Source of the DNA: Ptychomitrium polyphyllum
Taxonomy: Eukaryota
Length of the DNA stretch: 64,000 bases
Direction: 5' to 3'
Assembly: GCA_973851085.1 (NCBI GenBank)
Contig: OZ316775.1
Location: forward strand, 12,462,001-12,526,000
A program made the translations under genes and the position numbers. Position 1 is the stretch's first letter. The number at the start of each line of letters is the position of its first letter. Under the pieces are notes generated by a model. It saw only the letters and a list, made by a program, of their open reading frames with translations. It searched no databases and was not told the origin of the DNA. This document shows positions 14,075 through 27,874 of the stretch, one piece after another.

Positions 14075-15684
14075 TCAACCTTGCACCAGTCCATACTGGG
14101 CAGCTACACTGAATATCGTTCTCCTCACATCTTCCGTCTCCATTTCCGGGTCTTTCATCTAGTGAGATGCAGACCACCAGAAAATTAGAAGTCAGAAAAT
14201 GGATAAACCCAATTGGTATTCAAACAAAGAACTAGCAAGGAATGATGCTGAAGGTGGTAGATAGAGAGTACTTGGAGTCGTCATACCTCGGCAATAAAAC
14301 TGTTAAGAATGTTTTCCTGGAAGGCCGTATGGTGGGCGTTGAGAACTTGTACACCCAATGATTCCACTGCTTGCACTAATTGCACTAGCACGCCCGGTCC
14401 TCTCTGGCAGAATATTCGTAGATGATAAGTCTGCTCCTCAAGCCTTACCACATCGACCTGCGCAATCAAAGCAGCAGCACAGTTAACGATCCAGAAACCA
14501 GAAGAACCAAGTGAAAATTTGTGAATAGTCAACATGAGAAGAATCCAAATTCCAAACTAGCAGTAGCTTGCATTTACTTACTTCCAAGATCTTTTGAGAC
14601 AAGCGAGCTGGCGGTTTCACTTGAGCAGAATCACCCGAGACTTTATCAACGCTGCATTCAATTATCACGTTATTTTCAACACCAGTATTACCACCCTGTA
14701 GCAATTCTGCTCCGGATCCAGGGTTAGAGGTCATGGGGCCTGAAAAATTCTCCCCAGTAGCTGCCTCCACTGAGCCGGCCTCATCGCCAATTGAGCCGGT
14801 GCACTTCTGCTCCAGATCATCGATCTCCGACTCGATCTCCTCCAGCTCCTTCTGCAGCTCCCGCACGTAGTCTATTGCATCGCCAATGATAGATGATTTG
14901 TCCATCTACATACCCACACATACATTCACATACATCACCATACTGTCGCCAGCATTGCTATGTCTTGAAAAGGCACTCCCCTTAAGAGCAACATTGCATC
15001 CTTCCAAATAACCGGAAACGTACAAATGCTACCAACATTTCTCTACACCATAATAAAATTTATAATTGACCCTCAAATCAAGGGCAAACATTAGTTGCAG
15101 TGACCTTCAGTTACGGGGTCACTGCAAACGGAGGATTCCAGATTAATGCCAGATTAGTCCAAAGCTAAACCCTTATCTACAACTTTTAAATGCCATATGA
15201 CAATACATATCGTTGCAAAAGAGGAGATCCTTACCTTGCTGATTTTCGGGACCTGAGAGCGGAGCTGGAAGAGGCCCTCGTTAAGCTTCTTGCGACGCTT
15301 GCGCTCCGACACCAGGTTCTTCGACGCGACACAGCGGCCGAGGGAGCGCTTGCCCCCGCAATTCTCAATCTCCGTCTTGCCGTCCGTGGTGTCGGAGGAA
15401 ATGGCGGGGAGCTTCATGGTGCCGTCTTCACCATGGGGCGACCCCAGCCCAGAGGAGCCCTGGTTAGAGACTTTGGAGTCCACCACGGTGGGTTGGTCGC
15501 CATGGCCAACCTCATGGCTTCGCCAAATGCCGCGCGTGGAGCCATTGGTGGTCTGAGAGCTGTTGGGCACCAGGGCGTTGGCATTCTGGTCCGACATGGC
15601 ACTGGAGAAGCCCTCCAGCAGCCAGAAGGGGTCGGAGAAATGCGGGCCGCTGCTGGCGCGGGGTTCCGACTTGTGATGGTTCAT
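14075..15684 (-). CDS. bHLH transcription factor, group III(a+c)/DYT1-AMS-FIT-like, with C-terminal ACT-like domain; 4 coding exons
   Basis: Exons 15684-15235, 14905-14582, 14457-14287 and 14158-14075. They give SKNLVSERKRRKKLNEGLFQLRSQVPKISK|MDKSSIIGDAIDYVRELQ (bHLH) and LRIFCQRGPGVLVQLVQAVESLGVQVLNA (ACT-like). First in-frame ATG is at 15684 (CCAACCATGA), with an in-frame TAG upstream. Confidence 0.92.
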
Positions 15685-15725
15685 GGTTGGGTGAGCCGGC
15701 TTGCCCACGGGCAGAGAGCTGGGTG

Positions 15726-15746
15726 TCTGATGCAGATTCTTCAACG
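15726..15746 (-). promoter_or_regulatory. Putative miR902-5p target site in bHLH 5' UTR
   Basis: The + strand reads TCTGATGCAGATTCTTCAACG. Its 16-nt core TGATGCAGATTCTTCA matches moss miR902-5p as I recall it (UAUGAUGCAGAUUCUUCAUCU), so the minus-strand mRNA is complementary to the miRNA. Confidence 0.65.
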
Positions 15747-16410
15747 TTGGCAAAGCGTACGTGGTTTCAAGCGGCGTCTAGCACTTCTACGCTACTGCTG
15801 CCGCTGCCGAGCCAGCGGGAGGATGTCGATGCCGTCACTCAGATATCGAAGCTTATGGTGCATATCACGTTGGCTGGAGAACATGGAGGTCATTACCTTC
15901 CTGCTCGCACAACACACACAATGTCAACAACCACAATTCCGCATACCACCAGTCACTCACTCCACCATAGCCTCAGCCACACACAAACTTCTCACTAGCG
16001 ACCGGTTCCTTCCAAGAGCAAACCATCCAATGCATACCTAAGGCATCAAGAGTTCTAACTCCCTCCTAGCATCGCTTCTCGAAAGTACCAATTCCTGCAG
16101 TCCAGCTTGAAACCATGTGCACATGATTCACACTCAAGCCCCACTTCCAACCCTCAACTCAACAACGCTATCACCCCTCTTCGCAAACCAATTCAGTACT
16201 ACCAGTATCAACCAGCCACTCACCTCCCAAGCGAATCTCAACACTCATCTCACCCGGCTCCAACTGCACCAATCGATTGGTGCAGAATCTCTAAACCATC
16301 CAAACGTAGCCTCACACTTGCAGCACTAAACCAACTGCACCCCGACAACCGGCCTGCTCAATAGCATACATACCCTATCCTCCACACCAGCCTCCAACAC
16401 TTCCTTCCAT

Positions 16411-16479
16411 GTGTGTATGTGTGAGTGTGTATGTGTGTGTGTGTGTGTGTGTGTATGTGTCTGTCTGTCTGAGAGAGAG
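16411..16479. repeat. Compound (GT)n/(GTCT)n/(GA)n microsatellite in the bHLH 5' leader
   Basis: Directly visible gtgtgtatgtgtgagtgtgt...ctgtctgtctgagagagag. Confidence 0.9.
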
Positions 16480-16761
16480 CTGACACCAGATGATGAAATA
16501 CTAGCTCCAAGAAAGAGAACGAAACAAAACAAAACTGTAAACTTGGTGTGGATATTATACTAGTAGATACCTTAAAAAGAGAGGGAGCGAGCATACATTG
16601 ACTGGGGAGGATGGAAGGGGGCAGCCACCCACCTTTCCAAGCTGTGCAGTGAGGCAGGCTAGCTGCACATCATTTGCAGCAGATGCCCGTGTAAAGCTGG
16701 ATCACTGGCTCTGGAGTTGGTGTAGGTGCGAGAGTCGGGAGGCCGAAGAAGAGGGAGTGGC

Positions 16762-16767
16762 TTTATA
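16762..16767 (-). promoter_or_regulatory. Candidate TATA box of the bHLH gene
   Basis: TATAAA on the minus strand, followed by a pyrimidine-rich leader and a GTATGC donor at 16596. An ABRE-like ACGTGGC lies further upstream at 17273-17279. Confidence 0.45.
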
Positions 16768-19700
16768 CTATTCCACAATTTAGCTAAGTGGTATTGTATT
16801 GCAAGCCTTTCTCGTTGAGAGCCAGGTCGGGCACTGGTTGCAGTGCTGTGCACGCGGGGCCCTCAACCCGCCTCACTTATTCCTTCCTTTGCACAGGCCC
16901 CCTTCCCCGTTGGCTCTGCCCAGAGTCTGGGTGAAGGGGCGACCTTTGGCAAGCCACTGTGCTCCAGGTCCTTTACCCTCTAACCTTCTTCCTTCGTTTC
17001 TGTCTCAAAACATTTTCGAAAACTGGAGTGGCTATTCATTCTCAAGGGTTGGTGAGCAGATGGAATTGAGGAAATTTTGGAGGTCACTTCATCCCTTGAG
17101 GCTTTGCTGAGGGCTCCTTTCCTTTATTCAGTGACATGTTTATGTGTATTTGGTGGTTTTGTGCTAAAAATATATTTACATGTGGAATTGAAGCTATTTG
17201 TTTGGAAGGAAATTCATTCCCTGAGGACCATATTGCGGATATCTTTCCTGCATTCAGCGGACAGTGGGCATGACGTGGCTGCAGCTTGGCAAATGGGCCT
17301 CAATTATACAGAACATTGATCAGTACAGAAGATAATAGCTTGCACCTTTTTGGTCTGTTTAAGAGTATCGTTTACACCAAAATTTTCAAAGACTTAGTGA
17401 ACAAAGAATACAACATCACATACAGGCCTTGAGTTCTTGATCAAAGTGCTTTGACAATAATTTCAATTTCTTTCAACATCACATACAGGTCAACCACTTC
17501 TTGGCTTCAACAAGGTTTTGACTGTACATGTAAGCAATGCCTCAGATGCATGTAAGCAATGCCTTAGATGTATGTTCTTTCTAATAAAGCAACTCATTTT
17601 AAAACATTCAAATTCTTTTTACACAAAGTCAACTCTCTAATTGTAACCTCTTCTTGAATTCCTTGTACATCAATGTCTAAAAAACATATTTGTTATCTAT
17701 ATAAGAATATTTTCATCTGACAATATGAAATAACATAAATTGAACAACAAATGAGATTATGTTTACTAATATTTTAATAATTTATGGTTTTTTTATTAAA
17801 CAAAAAGTATATATTCTTACAGCAAAGTTGAATAAATGATAATCTTTGTGTTTGAATCAATTATATATTTTATTTTAACAAATGCTAAAACTTTAAGTTT
17901 TACAATCTTCATAAATATTAAGCTTCAAAATCTTAGAATTTATAATTATTGTGTACTATTGATATCACTCTTGAATAATCCAAAAATAATAATTAAAATA
18001 TTAAATAATATACGTTAATTTAATTTCTTGCTTTAAATGCTAAGAGATATTGAGGCTGGATCTTGGATGTTATTTGATAATTGTAAATACAATTTGAAGC
18101 GGATTGAATAAAGTTGGTAATATATAGCTTTTAATGATGTATATTCATCAAGCATATTATCGTAAGTTGAGCTTTTTTAATTATATAATACAATCATTCA
18201 ACAAATGACAACAAATAGTCTTATAAAATGAACATTTCCAAAGACTATATTATAGGAAAAGTTCTTACAATCATGACAATGTAGTAAAAATGTCTACAAT
18301 CATTAATATTTGCCACTGCAATAATTATTACATAAAAGGCTCTATAATCTTATGAATGTAGGACATTAGTAGTACAAATGTCCATGATTAGTACTACCAT
18401 CACTATCATGAAGTGAAACCTTTGCAATGATTGTTATATTATCATTGCTAATGCCACAAAGTGAATGCTTGTGACAATTGTTACAGAAGAAATTCTCCTA
18501 ATCATGTCAAAGTAATATATTGGTTGTACAAATGTTAACAGCTATTATTATAAGTGGTATAAAATTAGTTAGAATAAAAAAATCTTTAATCATATTATCA
18601 AAATAGATGGTAGGATGAACATCTTTAATTGCTATTGAGAGATGAATTTTTAAAATTGATAATTGCAGTGATTGATGTATTATTGAAACATTCATGTACT
18701 TATGAAAATTATTCAGAATTAAGTATACCATGGAATACCATCATATATTGTTTGGGCAAGTTTTTTTTAAATTTGAATACAGTCATTTCATTCATCATTA
18801 ATATGTACTTTAATAAAGACATATTTTACAAGTGAAATGGATATAGAACTTATTTGATTTGACTTCCTTTAAATACTAGAGTTCTTCTTCTTTTACATAA
18901 TTGAAATACGCATCTATAAAAAATTTACCACCAAACAAATCTATTGTGAATGCAAACATACAATAAAAAATATTCAATTGTTAAAAGTGAAAGTAGCTGA
19001 AAGTGTATAAATAGTATATTTTGTCTATTTTTTTTTTTTTCACCATTATTACTCATATTATATTTTCACCTTTTGATTATAAAGTAAATTTTATTCTTCC
19101 AAATTAAACAAGAAATTTTATTTACAAAAAAAATAAAAATAAAAATAATATATATTGTGTATATAGTTTTTTATTATATACACAATCCAATATTATGATT
19201 AATTAGTGTTGATCTTGATCAACATGTTGAAAAAACATAATAATACTATAAATTGATTTTATAATGATAATTAGTGTTCTTCTTTATCATATGACATCTT
19301 TTATAAATATTTTTAAATTTAAAAGAGGTTTTTTAAGCTACCATACTATATATTTAGCTTAAACATTTTTTTTCTTGTGTAAAAAGAAACAATCCATATT
19401 ACCACCAAATTGATTAAGATTGTTAGAAAAAACCATAGGAATTATTATTTTAGAAGCAAAGTGATGAAACATTCATGTACTATAGTATTGTAAATTGAAA
19501 GTAATTAAAATCTTTGTATACATTAAAGCATTTTTTAACAAACATAGATCAAAATTTTGGTTCATATTAAGGTATCTTTTACAAATCCAATTTGATCATC
19601 ATATTCAACAAATATGTTTTAAAAAGTATTTTATATTATTTTTTAGGAATTTTAATAGAAATCCCTAAAAATATCAATATATCTAAATATGATTTTGAGT

Positions 19701-20484
19701 GACCAAAAATATTTATTATTTATGAACCACTTTTAAAAAAAAACTAAACCATATTATAATAGAAAAAAACTCCAGATAACATTAAAACATATCATGTGGA
19801 TATTATCTAAATAACTTAAATTCATTCACAAAATAAAATTCATACAATTTAATTGTTTAATTCTATAGTAATTGACAAACTTGCTATAGAATTTTGTTTT
19901 AACTTTCAAAAAAATTTCACCATATTTCACTAAAGAATTCCAAAAGTACTATTTTAAAGTACAAAGGGCAAAGCTTATTTTTTTAAATGATTTTGACTTA
20001 CCTTCAATTATAGGAATCTTAAATATTTTTTTTTGAAAAGTTAACCTCATGTATTAAAAGATTATAGCACTTCAAGAAGGAAAAAAAACCCTTGCATCTA
20101 ATTGTGTAGGATGAAATCAACAAATTTTTGCTCTTCTCTAAGCTAGACCTTTGTACTATGGTATATTAGATATTATTTACCATCATAATAAAAACCATAA
20201 TAAATACTTACACACCAAATTTGAGAAGAAGTACAACATGTCCACAAAGATCTTGCAATGAAAAGAAGTCCAAGCATGGACAAAGCTCGATCATTTTGCG
20301 TAACCTCAAATTTTTATGGGATTTCAATCTAAACTAACACACAGACTATTGAATGTAACCATTAAGTACTTTTTTGAGCACCATCTCTACCAAGGTCACC
20401 AAACTTTGATATTTTTTGAAATAAATTCTCACTGTCCAAAAGAAATTCAAAATGTTACACACGAAACTAACATTGTAGGAGCTT

Positions 20485-20616
20485 ATCCCAAATCCCAAAT
20501 CCCAAATCCCAAATCCCAAATCCCAAATCCCAAATCCCAAATCCCAAATCCCAAATCCCAAATCCCAAATCCCAAATCCCAAATCCCAAATCCCAAATCC
20601 CAAATCCCAAATCCCA
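20485..20616. repeat. Perfect heptamer tandem repeat (CCCAAAT)18+
   Basis: 18 uninterrupted CCCAAAT units at 20487-20612, followed by CCCA. Confidence 0.98.
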
Positions 20617-21221
20617 TATACAATTACGCATGACGGGTTTATGCACACATAATAGGGGATTGGGGTTTACAGCAAGCCTTTCTAGCTTCAAAGCCATGGC
20701 TCAGCTGATAGCCCCGGATCCAAGACTTTGAACCACCTGCTCATTGGGCGAGCATACTTGCAAGGTCCCCAACGGACTGGAACACCTAGAGGAATAATTT
20801 CATCATGTGGCAGTTTACAAAGTTTATTGTTGGTGCCAAACCATAAGTCCATTGCATATGCTGTACTCTACGGTTGTCGCGTCGTCAACTGGCTTCACTG
20901 TATTCTCGTACACTGGAGACTGTAAAAGTCACAGACTGGGCGCACCAGACTCTAGAGGCTTCGCAGTACTGTAGGACTACGATATTTTACAGATGCAACA
21001 GCGCTAGCCTGCTCTGCCATGTATAACCATTCCATCTGGTCTGCATGTAGGCAGCAATGAGGCACACCATCAACGCTGCTACCAGTGACCCCTTCATGCC
21101 TGAAAGGCCAGTGAGCCGACAGCAACATGGTCCGGACTCCGGCGTCGCTGCCGCTGCAGTCCAACTTCATTTTCCTCACTTTCTTCTATGTTGCCCCGTT
21201 TGACATTCTACATGCATCACG

Positions 21222-21302
21222 ACAAGGTGCAAACAAGGTGCAAACAAGGTGCAAACAAGGTGCAAACAAGGTGCAAACAAGGTGCAAACAAGGTGCAAAC
21301 AA
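21222..21302. repeat. Perfect 11-bp tandem repeat (ACAAGGTGCAA)7
   Basis: Seven identical units directly visible. Confidence 0.97.
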
Positions 21303-23678
21303 TCACTTGGAAATCAGCAATTCTGTATACTAAGAATGATACTTAAGTGTATAGCTATGATGCTAAATGTAAACTAGTATCATCAATATTAAATGTCAAC
21401 AAGTTTTTCATGAAAAAGGAACGTTATAGACTTTTTATGAATATTATCAACCTTAGTGATTTATCATCATTTTAAATGCCATACAACATTTAATATTATT
21501 TGATTATGGTGAAAACAATGTTTTGGCATGTTATTTGGTTACTTCCATACAAAATTCAAAATAATACATCTTTGTTTTTCTCTAAATACATGTTAAGAGC
21601 ATGTACTAAACCCAACAATTTGTGTAAAAATTTCAGATGTCTTGTTTAAGCTTTGATGATCTCCATAACTATGTCTTGTTATGTTCCTATCGTGCATTTT
21701 TGTTCTAATGGTGAATGATATTGACCTTTGATATGATTTGTTTCATTAATGAATAAATTTTCATTAATTATTGTATAATTTTATGTATCTATAAAACTTT
21801 ACATTCAGTAGCATTTGGACAAAAACTTTGGAAAATAGGTCATTGGTGCATATATATACACACATAAGTTTGCAATGTTATAACATATGCCATTGTTTGT
21901 AGATGATGTGCTATTGTAGTCACATGGCAAATTCATTATTTTCTTAATAAAAATTTAAAAATAAACTTCGTTAAAATAAAACTTTTTCAAAATCCATCAT
22001 TATTTTAAAAAAGTAAAAACTTGAAATTAAAATTTTTAGTGACAAAATTGTTATGTGACCAATGTGAATATATATTTGTCTTTAATGATTTGAAAATAAA
22101 CTAATATTTCTTTACTTTAAATTTTTTCTATAAGAAAGTGCAAAAAAATTTAAAATCATATGTAAAACTTGTCCAAAAAGGATTATTTTTTGCATAGGTT
22201 TTAACAATTTTTTAGCTTTATATTATCATCATTGGTTTTCATTATTATATTTCAATTGCAAATTTATAATCTTAGAAATGGAAGGTCAATATGAATTTTA
22301 TATTTAATAGAATATCTTTGTCCAATCACAAGGTGAATATATCAACATAAGAAAATACTGTTAATTTGTTCTTTTGTTCTTCTCAAATTTTTGGACTTTT
22401 GAATAAATATTTATTTGGAATTGAGGAAAAGCACTTAGTGCAAGGAAAAGAATGAAATTGACAATTTGAAGGGATCTTTGTAAGTAAAATATTTTATTAC
22501 ACTATACCTTAATGCCAACATTTAATTTTGAAGAATTCATCATTATCTCTAATGTCATCATTTGAGTAGATTTTGCCAACTTATGGACATTTAAGAGTTG
22601 TCTTAAAAACTATATGAAATTTATTTGGAAGTACAAGCTTTGTATTAGAAATAAAAAATAAACACAAATGATATAAAGGTAACACTCATTTATCTATTAT
22701 GAAAAGCAAGGATTGATTAAGGCACCTTTAAGGTATTATAATTTTTAAGAAAGTGTGTTAATATTATATTTAAAACACCATTACTTTAGGAGAATTTCTT
22801 AATCAACCTTTTCCTTTGGAAGTGTTTATATACTACTTAACTTATAATTACAGAAATAGGTTCAAGGAGAGCTGCACTCTGGTAACTGTGTTTGGCATTT
22901 ACTTAATTTTGACAACGTGATTATTCACCATCATAGTCCAATTTCCCTGAAATGGATCTACAAGGCTTTGTGTGAGTGTCCAGTACTTGCACCCGCACTT
23001 ATATTGTGTAAGCTATGATGGATCTTATGAGTTGTGATCGATCAGACATGTACAGAGACAGTCTGAAAGTTGCACTTGTTTAGGAGGTACTATGTGAGTA
23101 AACCCTTCACTACTGCATCCCTCTTCACTTTAATTTGATTCCCGAAGGCCTGAAATCTGCTTGGCACTAAAGTAGAAGGGGGTTATTGGAGTTTAGAGCA
23201 CGTTCTTAGTTGATAAGTTGGTAAGTTTTGCCTGTGTACACAGTCACTTTACTGTGTAAGGAGGCTAACCTCATGTGTAAGCAAGGACTGCCATTTGCAA
23301 TAAAAACCATTCAATAGCGTCCAGAATAAAGATAAAATATCCATGGAGTTTCGTATAAGATCTCATACTTGGTAGCTCTTCTGTTGTCCATACGTGATGG
23401 GCAAACGTGTACTTGACTTACTGGCAAACGTTTGAAGATTGGCCCAGTGCACAGAACACGCGATATCAATGGTCTAGACTCTAACTTATATCAGCTACTA
23501 GCAAGCAACTTCTGGCATTCAACTAGACACAAGTGACCACCAGTAAGAGATATCCTGTCACGGAGTCCCAAATGTCCAGGTTTCTAAAAGAAGGTTGATG
23601 CTGCCAAACTTTTGTACAACCGCTACACTGGGTCACTAACCTGGTGACTTGAGCTTGAAGTCACCAGTATTGTCCATA

Positions 23679-23764
23679 CATAGACCAGCACTCCAAGTGC
23701 ACCCTGCATAGACCAGCACTCCAAGTGCACCCTGCATATACCAGCACTCCAAGTGCACCCTGCA
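23679..23764. repeat. 28-bp tandem repeat x3 (CATAGACCAGCACTCCAAGTGCACCCTG)
   Basis: Three units, with one substitution in the third. Each has an internal GCACT-CCA-AGTGC inverted repeat. Confidence 0.95.
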
Positions 23765-25027
23765 ATCAAAAATTAAGGGTGTTAAAAGAGTTGTTAACAA
23801 CTTGAGATCTATAAATCAAGTTAGCAACTGCAATCTAGTACTACTTCTGGATAAGTTCTAGTCACATCAGAAGAGGAAAGGTACTGTTGCATTGATTTGT
23901 GATACGTATCCGTCAGTTCTGCAAATAATAATGGGGAGGTGCGCCATTGCAGGAATATAATTCCCCCCGTAGGAGGGTTAAGTATTCCAGAGGCTGTAAT
24001 AGAGTACAACAGTGACAAAGATCCAGTTTCCACAAATTTCTCTTGGAAAGCCAGCCCGGCATGATCATATTAACCCATATTAACCCGTAAGACCTGGCCT
24101 TAAGTGATAACCTCTATATTTAGTCAACGGCTGAAGTACTAAAAGAAAATCATAAAAATACAGACAACTGAAAAAATCTCTAAGTTGCAAATTTGGTAGT
24201 AAAAAACAAAGCATTTCCTTAAGCGTGCACTAAATAAAGGCTGCATACAACACCCATAGTTCTTCATGTTGGAAAAATATACACGTACATGTTTGAAAAT
24301 CAAAATACACAAAAAAAAGACAAAAAAAAACAAGAAAATTTCCTTCGTGGGTTTATCATTCAAGGCTGTTGTCTATCAAAAGCAATCGCATTAGAAGAAT
24401 CAACTTTTCCAAAGATTATTGCTGCTAAGGAAAACAAGACCACAAACAAGGAGTATCTGGGTCGTCGAGGCTGGAATCTGAGGGACCAACATGTGAACAT
24501 GTCTTGTTCTTAGCACCACCTAATGCACAACTCAACACCACGTTGTAGAATCTTCAGTTTGGTGGAGAAGTCAGAAATTCTATGCTGTTTGATATTTGAA
24601 CCTTGCAAACATTATGATCATCAATGTATGAAACTGGATGAACAAATACCTGTTCAAAACATAGGGCTGTTTAACCAAATTGCGGAAATATAGCCATAGA
24701 AGTCCAAATCTGAATTACGATTACACCAGAATCTACTAGACTCGATTGATAAACAAACGTGTCAAAAACTCTGAATTGAAAAGACGTAACTATCAATCGT
24801 GAGAAGTAAAACCATCAATATAAAACTCCAATGATGACGTCTAAACTCTATATCCATCCTCAACAATTAGCAAATAGCTGGTGTGAACACATCAGTGTCA
24901 AATTCCATCATGGAAAATTGAGAGCTAGACAACAAACAAGATTGAAGCTAGAAACAGGAATTCCCACTTCGCAGATCAATAATTAAAGGTGCTCCAAGAA
25001 GCCACCAATATACTAGACAACAAATCT

Positions 25028-26230
<1,203 letters not shown>

Positions 26231-27874
26231 TGCGGACGAGAGGACGCAGGCGCAACAGCGGTGCCGGTGAGGTGAGCGGCGAAGCGACCGCAACGAGAAT
26301 GCACGAAAAGAGCCTCCTTGTCTGTGGCAGCGCCCTTGTACTCACTCACTCACTCGCCCCCGAACCCTAATCCCCGGACCTACCAGCGTCACTGCACCCA
26401 AAGCCAGCATCCTCTACGGGAGGCGTACATTTCATTTCGTGAAATCTGCGCCGTGCGTGACGAATGATGGCGTTAGGTGCAGTGACGGTCATAAGGCTGA
26501 GTCGTGAGTCGTTTGTGGGTAATGGATGCTGTCGACCCATCATTGGTGCTTAGAGTTTCTTGAAAGCCCACAGCTAGTGAAAACCTTGGTGGAAGTTTAG
26601 AAATTCCTTTCTATGTATAATTTGTAGATGTTGTTTAATAATCTCTCAAAGGGTTTCTTTAATCCTTAAAAGAAGATAAGTATAACTATGGATTTAGGCT
26701 CTCTTACAAATCTTATTTTATCATTGCCAATAAAATAAAAATGTAATTTTTTAGATTTGACAATATGGAAATATGAATTTATTGCAAGTTAATTTTAGTG
26801 AAGAATTGAAACTTCTTTAACTTTTGAGATGATTGTAATTAAATTTTTTTTTAATTACAAACTTAATTACAAATTCAAACTTTCATCATAAGTTTAAGTT
26901 AGAATGAAGAACATCATATACATGAAAATCATATATTTTACTGTTACAAAAAATCACTTTTTTTTAATAATGGATATCTAATTTGTATTTATAATGAAAT
27001 ATTTGATTCTGAAATTTTCTTCAAAATATAGAATATAAATAGAAACTAAATCTCTGTAAGCTTTATGGAGAAAGTTTAGCATGGTAATAGAAATTAAATC
27101 TCAATAAACTTTACTTCAAAAAGTGTATGTAAATTAATAGATGTTAATTTCATGGCCGAAATTAAAATAATAATAATCCACTATATAATAAAATTTTGGG
27201 TGCCATATACAATCATCCTAATTTACATGAATTAAACATGAAAAGATCTTTACAGGTATAAAAAGGACAGATACCAAAATATGGCTTCCCTATTCGTCAA
27301 CAGTTACCTATAATGAAATTGATCAATGTTCTTCAATTCTTCAATTCCAATACTACACTAAATGGTATTTTTGGTATTATGGAGTAGAAATACTAATGCT
27401 CTTCAGGGAAACTAATCATAAACATTATTACATATTTTTCCACACAACTTTAGCATCCAAATTCAAGGTATCAAATCTATGAATAACTGAGAAACTATAA
27501 TTCTGGCACAAAGTAATTAAACACATGAAGAGTACTGGCAAGCCTTGAGAGGGCATGCGTTACTCCCTCTTTGCCAGTGGCACACGCATTGATGATTTTG
27601 TTTTCTGTTTCGTCTTTCCTATTTATTGGTTCATTGGTCTTTTTTTTTTTGACGTTGGCTAGTTCACAACCTCCTATCTATAGAAACTGATAATAACTCA
27701 GCTCCTCCCAAATCCCATCCACGTCCTGATTGACGTGTAAGTTGTTTACCATGAGGACCGAGCTTGACATTCTGATTCGTGACGCCTCAGATTGTTTCGC
27801 TAGTGGAGGAACACAACTTAAGAGTCACTAACTGGTGCTTCCTGTAAGTGTACCATTGCAGGAAGGAGGAACAT

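Noticed and set aside
15190..16041. 283-aa plus-strand ORF
   Set aside because: Antisense to the GC-rich bHLH exon; no domain.
18250..18700. Possible Helitron helicase remnant (HGHLYY on minus strand)
   Set aside because: Single short motif in AT-rich DNA; the flanking helicase motifs do not align.
20316..20697. ORFs with PKSQIPN / WDLGFGI repeats
   Set aside because: Translation artefacts of the heptamer array.
21222..23764. Tandem arrays considered as CRISPR
   Set aside because: No unique spacers, no cas genes, eukaryotic context.
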